A DNA stretch of 64,000 bases, from positions 693 to 64,692 of the forward strand of contig PLYO01000010.1 in the NCBI GenBank assembly GCA_003151825.1, given 5' to 3'. Positions 53,595 through 64,000 of this stretch are shown here, in pieces. This DNA comes from Ignavibacteriota bacterium (lineage in GTDB: Bacteria > Bacteroidota > Ignavibacteria > Palsa-1295). The notes below the pieces were generated by a model, which was given only the letters and a program-made list of their open reading frames with translations, made no database searches and had not been told where the DNA came from. Position numbers and translations under genes: made by a program. How positions within the stretch are numbered: the stretch's first letter is position 1; each line of letters opens with the position of its first letter.

Positions 53595-54764
53595 TCAACC
53601 CGGTTCCCTCGCTTCTAACCGGGTTGAAACCTGGTTTACACGTCGGATCAATTCCGTTTTCCATTCCGCAAAACTACCATCTAAAATCTTCTCCCGTGCT
53701 TCGCGGACCAGCTGTTCGTAAAAGGCGACGTTGTGCAGCGTGGCTAACGTGAGTCCGAGGATTTCGTTTGCGTTGAAGAGATGGGCGAGGTAGGCTTTCG
53801 AGAAATTCTGGGAAGCGTAGGAATTCATTTCCGAGTCGATCGGGCTGAAATCATTTTTCCATTTCGCGTTGCGAATATTTATTTTGCCATCGCGCGTGAA
53901 GAGCTGTCCGTTGCGGGCATTGCGTGTCGGGAGCACGCAATCGAACATATCCACTCCTCGCGCAATGGATTCGAGCAAATCGGTTGGAGTTCCCACGCCC
54001 ATGAGATAGCGTGGTTTTTCGGCTGGCAGCACCTCAGTCATCCAATCGGTTACCTCATACATCGTTTCATTTGGTTCCCCAACGGCAAGCCCGCCGATAG
54101 CATATCCATCCGCATTCATCGCCATGAGTTCCAGCGCGCAGGATTCACGCAGATCGCGGTGCGTACCGCCCTGCGCGATGAGAAAAAGCGATTGCGGATA
54201 ACCGTGCTGGGTATTTGTTCCCGAAAATCTCTCCATCGAGCGATTGGCCCATGCAACCGTTCTGCGCACTGCCTGCTCGACAATTTCACGTGGGACAGCG
54301 TTTCCCTCCTGTGTCGTTGGCGGGCATTCGTCGAAGGCCATCATAATATCAGGCCCGATCGCGCGCTCTATGTCTATGACTTTTTCCGGCGTGAACATAT
54401 GAGCCGAGCCATCGAGATGGCTTTTGAAATGCACACCCTCGTCGGTCGTCTTGCGAAGACCGGCAAGCGAATAGACTTGATAGCCGCCGGAATCGGTCAG
54501 AATGCTTCCCGGCCAGTTTGCAAATCTATGAATGCCACCGGCACAGGCAATTACTTCCGTTCCAGGCCGGAGATAGAGGTGATACGCATTCGCCAGCACC
54601 ATTCTTGCTCCCGTTTCCCACACATCTCGCGCCGAAAGCGCCTTGACCGTTGCGTTGGTTCCCACGGGCATAAACGCGGGCGTTTCGATTTCGCCATGCG
54701 CGGTTTCGAGCAAACCGGCGCGGGCTTTCGACACAGAGTCGGTTTTTTCGAGCGTGAATTCCAC
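53595..54764 (-). CDS. tgt: Queuine tRNA-ribosyltransferase (tRNA-guanine transglycosylase)
   Basis: 389 aa. TPAFMPVGTNATVKAL, LTDSGGYQV, FDCVLPTRNARNGQ. Confidence 0.95.
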   Translation of the reverse strand: MEFTLEKTDSVSKARAGLLETAHGEIETPAFMPVGTNATVKALSARDVWETGARMVLANAYHLYLRPGTEVIACAGGIHRFANWPGSILTDSGGYQVYSLAGLRKTTDEGVHFKSHLDGSAHMFTPEKVIDIERAIGPDIMMAFDECPPTTQEGNAVPREIVEQAVRRTVAWANRSMERFSGTNTQHGYPQSLFLIAQGGTHRDLRESCALELMAMNADGYAIGGLAVGEPNETMYEVTDWMTEVLPAEKPRYLMGVGTPTDLLESIARGVDMFDCVLPTRNARNGQLFTRDGKINIRNAKWKNDFSPIDSEMNSYASQNFSKAYLAHLFNANEILGLTLATLHNVAFYEQLVREAREKILDGSFAEWKTELIRRVNQVSTRLEAREPG

Positions 54765-54772
54765 GAGCGTGG

Positions 54773-55408
54773 TCAGAATGGTTCGAGACGAATTTCCCGA
54801 TGTGCAACGGCTCGCTCGCGCTCGTCATTCGTAGCGATGAACACAATGGCTCCTTGTTTTGCTGCTTTCGTGGTCTGTTGTAGCATTAGCTCGGTTCCCG
54901 CGTCGTCTAAATTCGAAGTCGGCTCATCGAGCAACAGCACGGACGGCGAGCATGCGAAGGCCATAGCACACCGGACGCGCTGCTTCATGCCGGAACTATA
55001 AGCACGCAGCCGCCGGTCGCTTTTCGCAATGGCTGCATCCAGTCCAAATCCATCGAGGAGTTTCAGCGCCTCATCGGCGCCCAGCGAAATGCCCTTCATT
55101 GCCGCGACAAATTCGACATGCTCGACGGCCGTCAGTTCATCATAGAGTTCCATATAAGGCGCGGCAAAACCCATGCTCACGCGAATGCCGTCATGATCGA
55201 GCTTTGTGCCATGTTGCCAAGTACAAATACCTTTGGTTGGCGAAAGTACATTTGCGATGATTTTCAGCAGCGTGCTTTTGCCCGCGCCATTTGGCCCAGT
55301 AATTGCAATGATTTCGGAACTGTTCGCTTCGAAGGACACGCGCTTGAAAACTGGCCGATGCGTGAACCGCTTCTCGATCCCATCGGCGATAATCCTCAGC
55401 GATTCCAC
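54773..55408 (-). CDS. ABC transporter ATP-binding protein (short, CcmA-like size); no adjacent permease
   Basis: 211 aa. ITGPNGAGKSTLLKII, YSSGMKQRVRCAMAF, VLLLDEPTSNLD. Confidence 0.85.
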   Translation of the reverse strand: MESLRIIADGIEKRFTHRPVFKRVSFEANSSEIIAITGPNGAGKSTLLKIIANVLSPTKGICTWQHGTKLDHDGIRVSMGFAAPYMELYDELTAVEHVEFVAAMKGISLGADEALKLLDGFGLDAAIAKSDRRLRAYSSGMKQRVRCAMAFACSPSVLLLDEPTSNLDDAGTELMLQQTTKAAKQGAIVFIATNDERERAVAHREIRLEPF

Positions 55409-55412
55409 GGGC

Positions 55413-55922
55413 TTACCGCTCCCCTGCTTGCGCGCTTTGCTCGCGCATTTTTAATCGGTGGGCGCGGCGCGCTTCGGCATCTGCGTAGCGCTGCTGTTCC
55501 TCTTCGGTTTCGGGATGGATTTCGGGAACCCGAACCGAGCGCCCAAATTCATCGATCGCAACGAACGTAAGATACGCCGAACTGACGTGGCGAACATCTC
55601 CGGTGCGAAAATCTTCGACATCCACATGTACCCCGACCTCCATCGAAGTCTTGAACGCGCGGTTCACGCTTGCCCTGAGACGCACCACCTGCCCGAGCTT
55701 GACGGGCAAGAGAAAACTCATTTCATCCACGCTCGCTGTCACTGAAATGCGGTTCGAATGCCGTTGCGCGCTCAGCGCGGCGGCAATATCGACCCAGTGC
55801 ATGAGGCGTCCGCCGAGCAGGTTCCCAAGCTGGTTGGTATCGTTCGGCAGCACAAGCTCTGTCAACTCCACCAGCGAGGCCGAGGGCGTTTTTGAGGGTC
55901 GTTGGGGAGTTTGTGCGGCCAT
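55413..55922 (-). CDS. Acyl-CoA thioesterase (hotdog fold, YciA-like)
   Basis: 169 aa. LVLPNDTNQLGNLLGGRLMHWVDIAAALSAQRHS...VTASVDEMSFLLPVKLGQVV. Confidence 0.85.
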   Translation of the reverse strand: MAAQTPQRPSKTPSASLVELTELVLPNDTNQLGNLLGGRLMHWVDIAAALSAQRHSNRISVTASVDEMSFLLPVKLGQVVRLRASVNRAFKTSMEVGVHVDVEDFRTGDVRHVSSAYLTFVAIDEFGRSVRVPEIHPETEEEQQRYADAEARRAHRLKMREQSAQAGER

Positions 55923-55924
55923 CG

Positions 55925-56761
55925 CTATGGAGTTTGGTACAACGTCGTATGGAGCTTGAGCGCGCGCTGGCGTTCGTCGGTTGTCGCCGTCGCCAGATAT
56001 TTGGTATCGAAAGCGTCGAGATTTTTGCGGGCATCATCGGGCTTTTTGAGGCCGGTATTGATTTCTGCAAGCCGCAGTTCCGATTCGACGGCCGGTGGCG
56101 TATCGTAATAATTATCGAGTACGCGCTCGTAATAAACGACTGCCGATTTCGGGTCCTCGAGCTTATCGTAAAGCTGCGCGGCCATAAAATATTTTGTGGC
56201 AAGACGGGTTCGGATTTCCACGATGCGTTTTTGCGCGCTGTCCGTAAGCGTGGTTCCCGAAGCGGATGCTATCGATGACGCCGACGATGGCGATGAGGAC
56301 GACACGGATTGGCTCGGAAAATCATGGAGAAAATTCTGAAACTCCGTCAGCGCAAGCGGCGTGTAGGTCTGATCGAGTTCCGGGCGCGGCGAAATTTGAT
56401 AATAGCTTTCGCCGACCATATATTGCGCGCGCGCGGCGAATGGTGAATTCGGATAATTGCGCCGAACCGCCCGAAAATCGACCGCCGCGCCGGCAAACAT
56501 ATCCTGATCGTAGCGTGCCATCGCTTCGAGATACGTTGCTTCTGCCGAGATCGTCGAGGCTGGCGCCTGCACGCGCACTTCCTCGAAAAGGCGAATGGCT
56601 TCTGGCCAGTCTTCCTTGTCGTACGCTGCTTTGGCCTGGGTAAAGAGCTGATCGGCCGTGCCTAAAGGCGGGGCCTTCGTCAGTTCATCGCTCGACGATC
56701 CGCAGCCCCCTGCAATAAACGAGAGCGCGGCAAAAAGATAAGAAAGGCGGCGTGTCATCAA
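55925..56761 (-). CDS. bamD: Outer-membrane protein assembly factor BamD (TPR lipoprotein)
   Basis: 278 aa. Lipobox LSFIAGGCGS. TPR-like repeats (ADQLFTQAKAAYDKEDWPEAIRLFEEV...). Confidence 0.85.
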   Translation of the reverse strand: MMTRRLSYLFAALSFIAGGCGSSSDELTKAPPLGTADQLFTQAKAAYDKEDWPEAIRLFEEVRVQAPASTISAEATYLEAMARYDQDMFAGAAVDFRAVRRNYPNSPFAARAQYMVGESYYQISPRPELDQTYTPLALTEFQNFLHDFPSQSVSSSSPSSASSIASASGTTLTDSAQKRIVEIRTRLATKYFMAAQLYDKLEDPKSAVVYYERVLDNYYDTPPAVESELRLAEINTGLKKPDDARKNLDAFDTKYLATATTDERQRALKLHTTLYQTP

Positions 56762-56913
56762 TAAATAATTACGAATAAGACTCTTAACGACCGGCGTGCG
56801 GAAAGAGTGCGACGGAGCGGATTTTCATGCCCAGGGCCAAATTAGTGTTATATTGTATGGGCTTTGATAGGCACCCTTCGACAAAGGGCAGGCTCTATGA
56901 AGCGATCACATTA

Positions 56914-58203
56914 ATGCAGCGAATTCTCTGCCATCTCGATATGGACGCGTTCTTCGCCTCGGTCGAAGAGAAGCACGATCCAAGCCTGCGCGGGAAGCCC
57001 GTGCTGGTCGCTGCCGGGCCGATTGGGCGCGGAGCGGTCGCGTCGTGCAATTATGTGGCGCGCAGGCTGGGGGTCAAGACGGGCATGAGCACTGCGGAAG
57101 CGGTGCGTTTATTTCCGCAGGCTGTTGTCGTCCGCGCGAATTACGAGCGGTATCAGGAAGCCTCCGAGCAAATCCTGCGAATTATCTATCGCTTTACACC
57201 GGATGTCGAGCCGCTCAGTTTGGACGAAGCATTTTTCGAACTAACGCACGTCGCGCACCGCTGGCCCGATCCCCTACTTGCGGCCCAAGCGATTCAACGG
57301 ACCATCGATGAGGAGTTACAACTTGGCGCGTCGATTGGCGTTTCGAGTGGCAAGGCGCTGGCGAAAATAGCAAGCGATTTTAAGAAACCGCATGGCATTA
57401 CCATTGTTCCGTTCGGCTATGAGATGGACTGGATCGATCCGCTGCCCATCGAAGCCGTGCCCGGCGTGGGACATGCGACGCACCGAAAGCTTTCGGAACT
57501 CGGTGTCGTAACCTGCGGAGATATTTGCAAACTCAGTATAGGGATGCTCCACAAGCTTTTAGGGAACGTGCATGGCAGCTATTTATGGAACTTGGTGCAT
57601 GGGCGCGACGAGCGGCCGCTTATGAAACGCGGCGCCGCGAAATCCATTTCGCACCAAAGCACGCTGCAACACACGACGTCCGATAAGGACTATGTGGAAT
57701 CGCTCTTGCTCTATATTGCGGAACGATGCCTTTGGCGGCTTAGGAAGAGCGAGATGAAAACCCGAAGTCTTTCGATTTATATGCGATTTGCCGATCAGCG
57801 ATATGCACAGCGCGTTGTTCATTTGAAGCAGGCCACGCAATCGGAGCAGATTATTTTTCCGATTGTTTCTGAAATGACGCGCGCAATTTGGGCAGCGAAT
57901 CCAAAGCCGCGCGTAACGTTCATCGGCGTATATCTATCCGATTTCCAGCCGGCCACACCGCAGGAAATATTATTTGTGGATGAAACAGAAAAGAAAGAAC
58001 GCCTTTCGCGCGCGATGTCCGGCATTCGAGAAAAGTTTGGCGCGCCGCTCATCACGAGCGCGCGAACGTTCGGCCTTCATCATTCCTATCGCCTCTCGCA
58101 GGCCGGACTTTCCTTCACCGTGATGAAAGTCGAAGAAGACGAAGCCGCGCAGATGATGAAGCGCGAAGCCGAGGGGTACGTGGCGATGGAAGTGGTGGAA
58201 TAG
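56914..58203 (+). CDS. dinB: DNA polymerase IV (Y-family)
   Basis: MQRILCHLDMDAFFASVEE, SLDEAFFELT, little-finger region. The ATG at 56914 is preferred over 56827. Has a ~45-aa C-terminal extension. Confidence 0.92.
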   Translation: MQRILCHLDMDAFFASVEEKHDPSLRGKPVLVAAGPIGRGAVASCNYVARRLGVKTGMSTAEAVRLFPQAVVVRANYERYQEASEQILRIIYRFTPDVEPLSLDEAFFELTHVAHRWPDPLLAAQAIQRTIDEELQLGASIGVSSGKALAKIASDFKKPHGITIVPFGYEMDWIDPLPIEAVPGVGHATHRKLSELGVVTCGDICKLSIGMLHKLLGNVHGSYLWNLVHGRDERPLMKRGAAKSISHQSTLQHTTSDKDYVESLLLYIAERCLWRLRKSEMKTRSLSIYMRFADQRYAQRVVHLKQATQSEQIIFPIVSEMTRAIWAANPKPRVTFIGVYLSDFQPATPQEILFVDETEKKERLSRAMSGIREKFGAPLITSARTFGLHHSYRLSQAGLSFTVMKVEEDEAAQMMKREAEGYVAMEVVE

Positions 58204-58212
58204 GTAATGCGC

Positions 58213-58314
58213 GTGTAGAACAGACTTTCAGTCTGTTCACGGGCTTTTAGCCCGTCGGCGTGAGACTCACTCGGGCTGGAAAGCCCTCCGACAGGCTAAA
58301 AGCCTGTGCTACAC
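58213..58314. repeat. Four-hairpin palindromic block, family E
   Basis: gtgtag-[gaacagac tttca gtctgttc]-[cgggc tttta gcccg]-...-[gggct ggaaa gccc]-[acaggc taaaa gcctgt]-gctacac. Confidence 0.8.
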
Positions 58315-58378
58315 GGTCCGGGAAGTCAATTCTTCGCCTCCTCGGAATGATTGCGCCTAAGCGTTGTTTCGAATAGCG

Positions 58379-61003
58379 ATGAAGAGAGCTTCTCTTTTGT
58401 GCGGCGCGGTTATTGTGCTTTCGCTTGGTGCGGGACGGGCGGGAGCACAAACGATGAACGGAGTTGTGGCGCGGATGCTTTTTCCGCCGAGAAATTACGA
58501 AATTGCGCTCGGCGATACCATCATTCCCACGGTGCGGGTCATTAACACGGGCACGGTAATTGATTCCGGAATTAAAGTTTGGTTTCGATACAGCAATGTG
58601 ACCTGGCCGAATAATGTAGCCATCTATTCGAGTAAAATTAGCGTACCTAACCTTGCACCTGGCGATAGCATCGATCTTAGTTTTGCAGCTTACGCAACGA
58701 ATTCCAATATCATTTCCGAGTTAGGCACATTCAATGGCTGCCTGACGATTCTGGACACGGTGCCACTCACTACGACATGTTCTTCGATTTTCGGGATTCG
58801 CAGAACACCGGTTCCTTTTTTCGATCCATCGGATGGTTATTCCAAAGCTTACGTTGGCAGTTATGACATTCCCGACCAAGCGATGTGGGTATCCGTTGGC
58901 GCAACAGTTGTAGATGGCGAAGATTCGACGTGGGATCCGCCGCCGCCGCGCTATCCCAATGGCGGCATTGGGCCGGACAGCATGGTTGGGCCGGTCATGC
59001 GTATAGACCGATTAGATTTCAATGGAAATTATTATTCCGGAAATGGCGTGGGCGATACGGTGACATCATTCCCAATCAATATCCAGGGACAAAGCAATGC
59101 GCGGTTTTCCTTCGACTTCATGCGCACGGGCCGACACCGGTATCCGCTCGGATGGGACGCCGATACGCTCATCGGCCCCGCGCAAACGATTCTCGATAGC
59201 AACGGGAACGTTCTCCGAGCCGGCGATTCGCTCATTCTTGAATTCGAAAAATCCTCCGGCCCGGCCACGAATCCCGGCCCGAACGATTGGAACGAAATAG
59301 CTGCAATTGACGGCGGACGCGATTTCGAATACAAATCATTTTTAATGAGTCCGGACTCCAATGGCTGGCAAATCACGGTGAACGGAATCACAACACACTT
59401 AAAGGATACTACGAATTATGCGACGGACAATTTCCGTTTTCGCTTACGCCTCAAAGCTAATAACAATGGCAGTTCTCATCCGGTGGGCGATGCGGACGCA
59501 TGGTACGTCGATAATGTAATGCTCACAATCCCTCTTGTAAATGGATTCGAAACAGACTGGGTAAAAATTATCACGCCGTACACGAAAGTTCCGGTATCGC
59601 AAGCGATATTTCCAGTCTATCGTCATTTATTAAATATTGTGTATCCTATTGATTATCCCATACCCTTGTACGAGCTAATTATCGCTCCCAATGGCGACAC
59701 TGTTTATTCCGACACGACGTATGTAAACAATGTGCAGGATGGACAAGACACTGTTATTCGATGCAAGGATTGGGACGCGCGGAGTGTCGCAGGAATGCCG
59801 GGAGCTTTTACCGCCCTTGCGTTCGGCGGGAACAGTTTCAGCGAACCTTCCAATATTCTTTCGACGTATTCAAAATTTTACCTGAACGTCGATAACGTTG
59901 CTGATCGCGGCATTCAGGAATTCGCTTATGACGATGCCGGTTTAGACCCTGGGGTTAACACTGGAAATGATATTCCAAAACTCATAGGGATTCCGAGCGC
60001 GGGAATTGGTTTCAACAACGCGACTGGAAGCTTTGCCATGAAATTCCAGCTTGTGAGAGAGGATACATTCTACGGTGTGAGAGCCTATTTCGGTGGCGCA
60101 AGCCAAGCGCCGGATTCTATCCAAATTTCGCTGCTGAACGGCGATTCGAATTCCAGCACACCGCTCGATACGGTTGTTCAACCGGGAATTCAAAGCACGC
60201 TTGTTATGCAGCGTGGTCCTTATTTAAATCAACTTTCGATTTATTATTTTCCTATACCGATTACACTCGAGCCCGGAATCTATTGGGTATCCGTGAGCCA
60301 GCTTACTAAGAATAACATGGAACTTGGCGGGGATATTTTGCGCGGCGGAGGCGATCTCGTCCAGGCAAACAATACTGCGCCGAAGATAAACGCGATTTAC
60401 GGTTCCCAATCCCCGGGCACGCCGTGGTATGGCACACAATGGGGCAGCGGGCCGGGAGATAATAACGGCGATGTGAGTTGCTCCTTTGCAGTGGAAACGC
60501 CTGCCGGAAGCGGCAACTGGAGGCCGATGATGCCGGATTCCGGTTTGTGGCCGGTGATGGATTCGAGCTATCCTTTGAACTGGCATTTCCCGCTGAATCC
60601 CAATGGGTACAGTCCGGATACGCTGCCTTGGGTTGGCCTGGGAACGTATTTTCCGATGATCCGCGCGGTGTTCGCAGGTAATCCGCCGAGCGGCGTAAAA
60701 ACTTCTCCGGTCATTACGAACTTTGGGCTGGAATCTAATTTCCCAGACCCATTCGATCCCACTTCCACTTCGACAACGATTACTTTCACATTAGATACTC
60801 GAAGCCCGACAACGCTCACCGTTTGCAATATCCTCGGAGAAGTTGTAAAGACGTTGTTGAATGCTAATGTATCCGCCGGAAGCCACTCCGTTTCGTGGAA
60901 TGGCAGAGATGAAAATGGGGCTGTCGTTCCTGCCGGAACGTATCTCGTCACGCTGCTCTCCTCTGAGCGGCACGCAACGACGAAGATGATTGTGACGGAA
61001 TAA
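58379..61003 (+). CDS. Large secreted protein with T9SS C-terminal sorting domain
   Basis: Signal peptide MKRASLLCGAVIVLSLGAGRAGAQ (ATG 58379). CTD NFPDPFDPTSTSTTITFTL...VPAGTYLVTLLSSERHATTKMIVTE. No catalytic motif recognised. Confidence 0.85.
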   Translation: MKRASLLCGAVIVLSLGAGRAGAQTMNGVVARMLFPPRNYEIALGDTIIPTVRVINTGTVIDSGIKVWFRYSNVTWPNNVAIYSSKISVPNLAPGDSIDLSFAAYATNSNIISELGTFNGCLTILDTVPLTTTCSSIFGIRRTPVPFFDPSDGYSKAYVGSYDIPDQAMWVSVGATVVDGEDSTWDPPPPRYPNGGIGPDSMVGPVMRIDRLDFNGNYYSGNGVGDTVTSFPINIQGQSNARFSFDFMRTGRHRYPLGWDADTLIGPAQTILDSNGNVLRAGDSLILEFEKSSGPATNPGPNDWNEIAAIDGGRDFEYKSFLMSPDSNGWQITVNGITTHLKDTTNYATDNFRFRLRLKANNNGSSHPVGDADAWYVDNVMLTIPLVNGFETDWVKIITPYTKVPVSQAIFPVYRHLLNIVYPIDYPIPLYELIIAPNGDTVYSDTTYVNNVQDGQDTVIRCKDWDARSVAGMPGAFTALAFGGNSFSEPSNILSTYSKFYLNVDNVADRGIQEFAYDDAGLDPGVNTGNDIPKLIGIPSAGIGFNNATGSFAMKFQLVREDTFYGVRAYFGGASQAPDSIQISLLNGDSNSSTPLDTVVQPGIQSTLVMQRGPYLNQLSIYYFPIPITLEPGIYWVSVSQLTKNNMELGGDILRGGGDLVQANNTAPKINAIYGSQSPGTPWYGTQWGSGPGDNNGDVSCSFAVETPAGSGNWRPMMPDSGLWPVMDSSYPLNWHFPLNPNGYSPDTLPWVGLGTYFPMIRAVFAGNPPSGVKTSPVITNFGLESNFPDPFDPTSTSTTITFTLDTRSPTTLTVCNILGEVVKTLLNANVSAGSHSVSWNGRDENGAVVPAGTYLVTLLSSERHATTKMIVTE

Positions 61004-61038
61004 AAAAGCCACCCACCGGATTAAACCGATGGGTGGCT
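61002..61038. terminator. Hairpin terminator between convergent genes (T-run on the rpoC side)
   Basis: aaaaaa-gccacccaccgg-attaaa-ccgatgggtggc. On the minus strand the stem is followed by tttttt. Confidence 0.7.
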
Positions 61039-61061
61039 TGCTATAATTACTCGCTCCGCGA

Positions 61062-64000
61062 TTACGCCACGGCGGCGGCGCGTTCTTTGCGTGGGGCGCG
61101 GGCGGGCATGGGTGGCGGGGTTTCCTGCGCGCCCATCCAGCCGTTGGTCTCGTAGCTGGTTTTGAACTGCTCCTTGGGAACCACGATCAGCTCGCGGAAT
61201 TTCGGGAGTCCCGTTCCAGCCGGAATGAGATGCCCAACGATGACATTCTCCTTCAAGCCCAGCAGGGTATCCCTCTTCGCATTGATCGAAGCTTCCGTGA
61301 GCACTTTCGTCGTCTCCTGGAAGGATGCGGCGGAAATGAAGCTCTCGGTTTGCAAAGCAGCCTGCGTGATGCCGAGCAAAATCGGCTCGCCATGCACCGG
61401 CTCGGCCGGACGCGCTTCGGGGAACGCTTTGCCCTTTTTCTTCAACTCGCCGGCGACTTCCTTGAAGCGCTTCTTCTCGACCATCTGGCCGATCTTGAAC
61501 TTCGCATCGCCGCGCTTGGTGATGAAGACGGAGTTTCTCATCACATCGTTTTCCTCGGCAACTTTGGTCTTATCGACTTCATCGTTGACAAGCAGGAGCG
61601 AATCGCCCGATTGGGTGATGCGCACTTTGGAGAGCATCTGCCGGACAATGACCTCGATATGCTTATCCGAAATCTTCACGCCCTGCATACGATACACTTC
61701 CTGAATCTCATTGACGAGATACTGCTGCACTTCGGCCACGCCTTTGATGGCGAGGATGTCATGCGGGTCAATTGCGCCATCGCTCAGGCGTTCGCCTGAA
61801 CGGACGGTATCGCCTTCCTGCACGAGCACATGCTTACCGAACGCGATCGTGTATTCGCGGCGGTCAGTCGCATCGTGCGAGGTGACGACGACGACGCGTG
61901 AGCCGCGGCGCGGCTTCTCGAAATGGACGGTGCCGTCGATTTCCGAAACCGTCGCGGGATCGCTCGGCGAGCGCGCTTCGAAAAGCTCGGTAACGCGCGG
62001 CAAGCCGCCCGTGATGTCGCGTTGCTTGCCGCTTTCGCGCGCAATCTTGACGAGTACCATACCCGCTTTGAGCTGGTCGTGGTTCTGCACTTGCAGAATC
62101 GCGTTGCTCGGAATGATATAATTGATGAGGATATGCCCGTCCGCACCGACAATATCGATGGTCGGCGATTTGGTGCGGTCGCGTGAGTCGATGGTGCGCG
62201 TCTGCAAGTTGCCGGTGAGTTCATCGGCCACCTGACGATAGGTTACGTTTTCGAGGAAGTCCTTGAACCGGACGGTTCCGGCGTGTTCCGAAATGATAAC
62301 AGCGTTATACGGATCCCACTCGTAAAGCATCTGTCCGCGCGTAATCTTTTCGCCGTTGACGGCAAGAATGCGCGAGCCATACGGCACATCGAACTTGCCG
62401 ACGGTACGATTGTCCTCATCGAGCACATTGACGACTCCCGAGCGGCTCATGACGATGTTCTCTTTATCGGGATTCATGATGACTTTCATGTCCTCGTATT
62501 GCACCGTGCCATCGAACTTCGAGGTGACTTGCGACTGCGAGGCAATCAGCGACGCCGCGCCGCCTGTATGGAACGTGCGGAGCGTAAGCTGTGTACCCGG
62601 CTCGCCGATGGACTGCGCGGCAATAATTCCCACCGCTTCGCCCATTTCGACGAGCTTGTGCGTCGTGAGATTGCGTCCATAGCATTGGGCGCAAACGCCC
62701 CGGCGCATTTCACACGTAAGCACCGAGCGAATGAGCACCGTTTCGATTGAAGTTGCCGAGATGCTGGCCGCAGCTTCTTCATCGATCATGCTGCCCGCTT
62801 CTAAGATTATATCCTGCGAAATGGGATCGACGATATGATCGAGCGTCACACGGCCTAAGATGCGTTCCGCAAGCGGTTCCTTGATGTCCTCACCTTCCTT
62901 GAGCGCGCTGACGGGAATACCGCGAATGGTGCCGCAATCGAAGGCGCTGATAATCGCGTCCTGCGCGGCGTCGATCAGGCGGCGCGTGAGATAGCCGGCG
63001 TCCGCCGTTTTGAGCGCGGTGTCCGCAAGGCCTTTGCGCGCGCCGTGCGTGGAAATAAAGTATTCGAGGATCGAAAGTCCTTCATGGAAATTCGAGATGA
63101 TTGGATTTTCGATCAGTTCGCCCGTCTGCCCCGAAAGCGATTTTTGCGGTTTGGCCATGAGTCCGCGCATTCCGGCAAGCTGGCGCACTTGCTCTTTCGA
63201 GCCGCGCGCGCCGGAATCGACCATCATATAAAGCGGATTGAAGCCGTCGCGGTCGTGCGCGAGCGTCTCGAACAGCTTGTCCGCCGTCCGGTTGGTCGCG
63301 CGCGTCCAGATGTCGATGACTTTGTTGTACTTCTCGCCGGACGTGATAAAACCGTTCAGGTATTTATCCTGCACGTCATCGACCTGCTTGCGCGCTTTGG
63401 CGATAATCTCGTCCTTCTCCTTAGGCACGATAATGTCCGAGAGCGCGACGGAAATTCCGCCTCGCATCGCATAGCTAAAGCCTAAGTCTTTGAGCTTGTC
63501 GAGAAATTCTACGGTCTTCAGATTGCCAACGGCACGGAAGGTTGTGGCAATGACCTGGCGGAGCCGCTTCTTCGTCAGAAGTTCGTTCAGATAGCCCAGT
63601 TCCTCTGGAACGATTTCATTGAAAATGACGCGACCCGTTGTCGTTTCGATCATCTTGCCCTTGATGCGGACGTGAAGCTTCGCATGAAGATCGAGCCGTC
63701 CAAGATTGTTTGCAATGATGACCTCCGCCGGCGAGGAAAACCGCATCCCTTCGCCCGTAACTTTATCGCGGTGTTTTGTGAGATAATAGGCTCCGAGAAC
63801 CATGTCCTGACTGGGAACCGCAATGGGTTCGCCATTCTGAGGAGAAATGATATTGTGCGAAGAAAGCATGAGGATCGCGCACTCAAGCTGCGCCTCATAC
63901 GAAAGCGGAACGTGAACTGCCATTTGATCGCCGTCAAAGTCAGCATTATATCCTGAACAGACGCAAGGGTGTAAACCAATGGCTGAACCTTCAATTAATA
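61062..64000 (-). CDS. rpoC: DNA-directed RNA polymerase beta' subunit; 5' part lies outside the window
   Basis: The frame is open to the window edge. My own translation upstream of the track's first Met gives ...[19 protein letters not shown] (catalytic NADFDGD). The remainder is collinear with beta' (trigger loop, jaw, C-terminus). Confidence 0.97.
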   Translation of the reverse strand, partial: LIEGSAIGLHPCVCSGYNADFDGDQMAVHVPLSYEAQLECAILMLSSHNIISPQNGEPIAVPSQDMVLGAYYLTKHRDKVTGEGMRFSSPAEVIIANNLGRLDLHAKLHVRIKGKMIETTTGRVIFNEIVPEELGYLNELLTKKRLRQVIATTFRAVGNLKTVEFLDKLKDLGFSYAMRGGISVALSDIIVPKEKDEIIAKARKQVDDVQDKYLNGFITSGEKYNKVIDIWTRATNRTADKLFETLAHDRDGFNPLYMMVDSGARGSKEQVRQLAGMRGLMAKPQKSLSGQTGELIENPIISNFHEGLSILEYFISTHGARKGLADTALKTADAGYLTRRLIDAAQDAIISAFDCGTIRGIPVSALKEGEDIKEPLAERILGRVTLDHIVDPISQDIILEAGSMIDEEAAASISATSIETVLIRSVLTCEMRRGVCAQCYGRNLTTHKLVEMGEAVGIIAAQSIGEPGTQLTLRTFHTGGAASLIASQSQVTSKFDGTVQYEDMKVIMNPDKENIVMSRSGVVNVLDEDNRTVGKFDVPYGSRILAVNGEKITRGQMLYEWDPYNAVIISEHAGTVRFKDFLENVTYRQVADELTGNLQTRTIDSRDRTKSPTIDIVGADGHILINYIIPSNAILQVQNHDQLKAGMVLVKIARESGKQRDITGGLPRVTELFEARSPSDPATVSEIDGTVHFEKPRRGSRVVVVTSHDATDRREYTIAFGKHVLVQEGDTVRSGERLSDGAIDPHDILAIKGVAEVQQYLVNEIQEVYRMQGVKISDKHIEVIVRQMLSKVRITQSGDSLLLVNDEVDKTKVAEENDVMRNSVFITKRGDAKFKIGQMVEKKRFKEVAGELKKKGKAFPEARPAEPVHGEPILLGITQAALQTESFISAASFQETTKVLTEASINAKRDTLLGLKENVIVGHLIPAGTGLPKFRELIVVPKEQFKTSYETNGWMGAQETPPPMPARAPRKERAAAVA

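Noticed and set aside
53781-55001. 406-aa plus-strand ORF
   Set aside because: It is antisense to tgt and the short ABC ATPase. The same reasoning rejects 49028-49594 and 50588-51394 (antisense to the tricorn-like protease), 25442-26128 (antisense to comM), 20157-20873 (antisense to the RNase E/G gene) and 32711-33352 (antisense to the protease-barrel gene).
58102-58115. AAGGAAAGTCCGGC on the minus strand, resembling the RNase P CR-I motif
   Set aside because: It lies inside the dinB reading frame and none of the other RNase P conserved regions are nearby. It is most likely a chance match.

Overview
This 64-kb window looks like a chromosomal segment of a Gram-negative bacterium from the FCB group (Bacteroidota/Ignavibacteriota/Chlorobiota-like). 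That placement is an inference from six type IX secretion (T9SS) C-terminal sorting domains (four on intact genes, two orphan remnants), BamD, a CarboxypepD_reg-type TonB-dependent receptor and bshA. About 50 genes are supported, and most are housekeeping. On the minus strand: efp-accB-(small ABM-like gene)-accC; an RNase E/G homologue; tRNA-Ala and tRNA-Asp; an ABC-F ATPase; comM; a tricorn-like protease; bamD-thioesterase-ABC ATPase-tgt; and the 3' two-thirds of rpoC, which runs off the right edge. On the plus strand: an acyl-CoA carboxyltransferase; a haem cluster (hemH, IMPase-family gene, hemY-type oxidase, hemB, hemL); rhlE; an EamA transporter; bshA-ABC-2 exporter-GT4; gcvT-livG; dusB; and dinB. 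I did not recognise a complete known defence system, prophage, CRISPR array or intact mobile element. The unusual content falls into three groups. (1) Two accessory patches (about 26.1-30.5 kb and 42.1-46.9 kb) hold toxin-antitoxin debris, a tail-collar/T9SS/XRE module and a 1093-aa T9SS cargo gene. In each patch an antitoxin-like gene is flanked by long direct repeats: a 58-bp duplicate of the rhlE coding end, and a ~40-bp duplicate of the gcvT upstream region. (2) There is a dense population of structured intergenic repeats: at least five families of nested-palindrome or double-hairpin elements, a ~240-bp dispersed element present twice, and short tandem 'words' at gene 5' ends. Some of these touch coding sequence. 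One supplies a start codon, one truncates a toxin gene, and one heptamer tract lies inside a signal peptide. (3) Two neighbouring Peptidase_MA-like (HELTH...EG-A) proteins occur together, one fused to a PD40 propeller and an Omp85-like barrel, the other to a polytopic inner-membrane domain. All functional calls come from motif recognition by eye. No database search was run.
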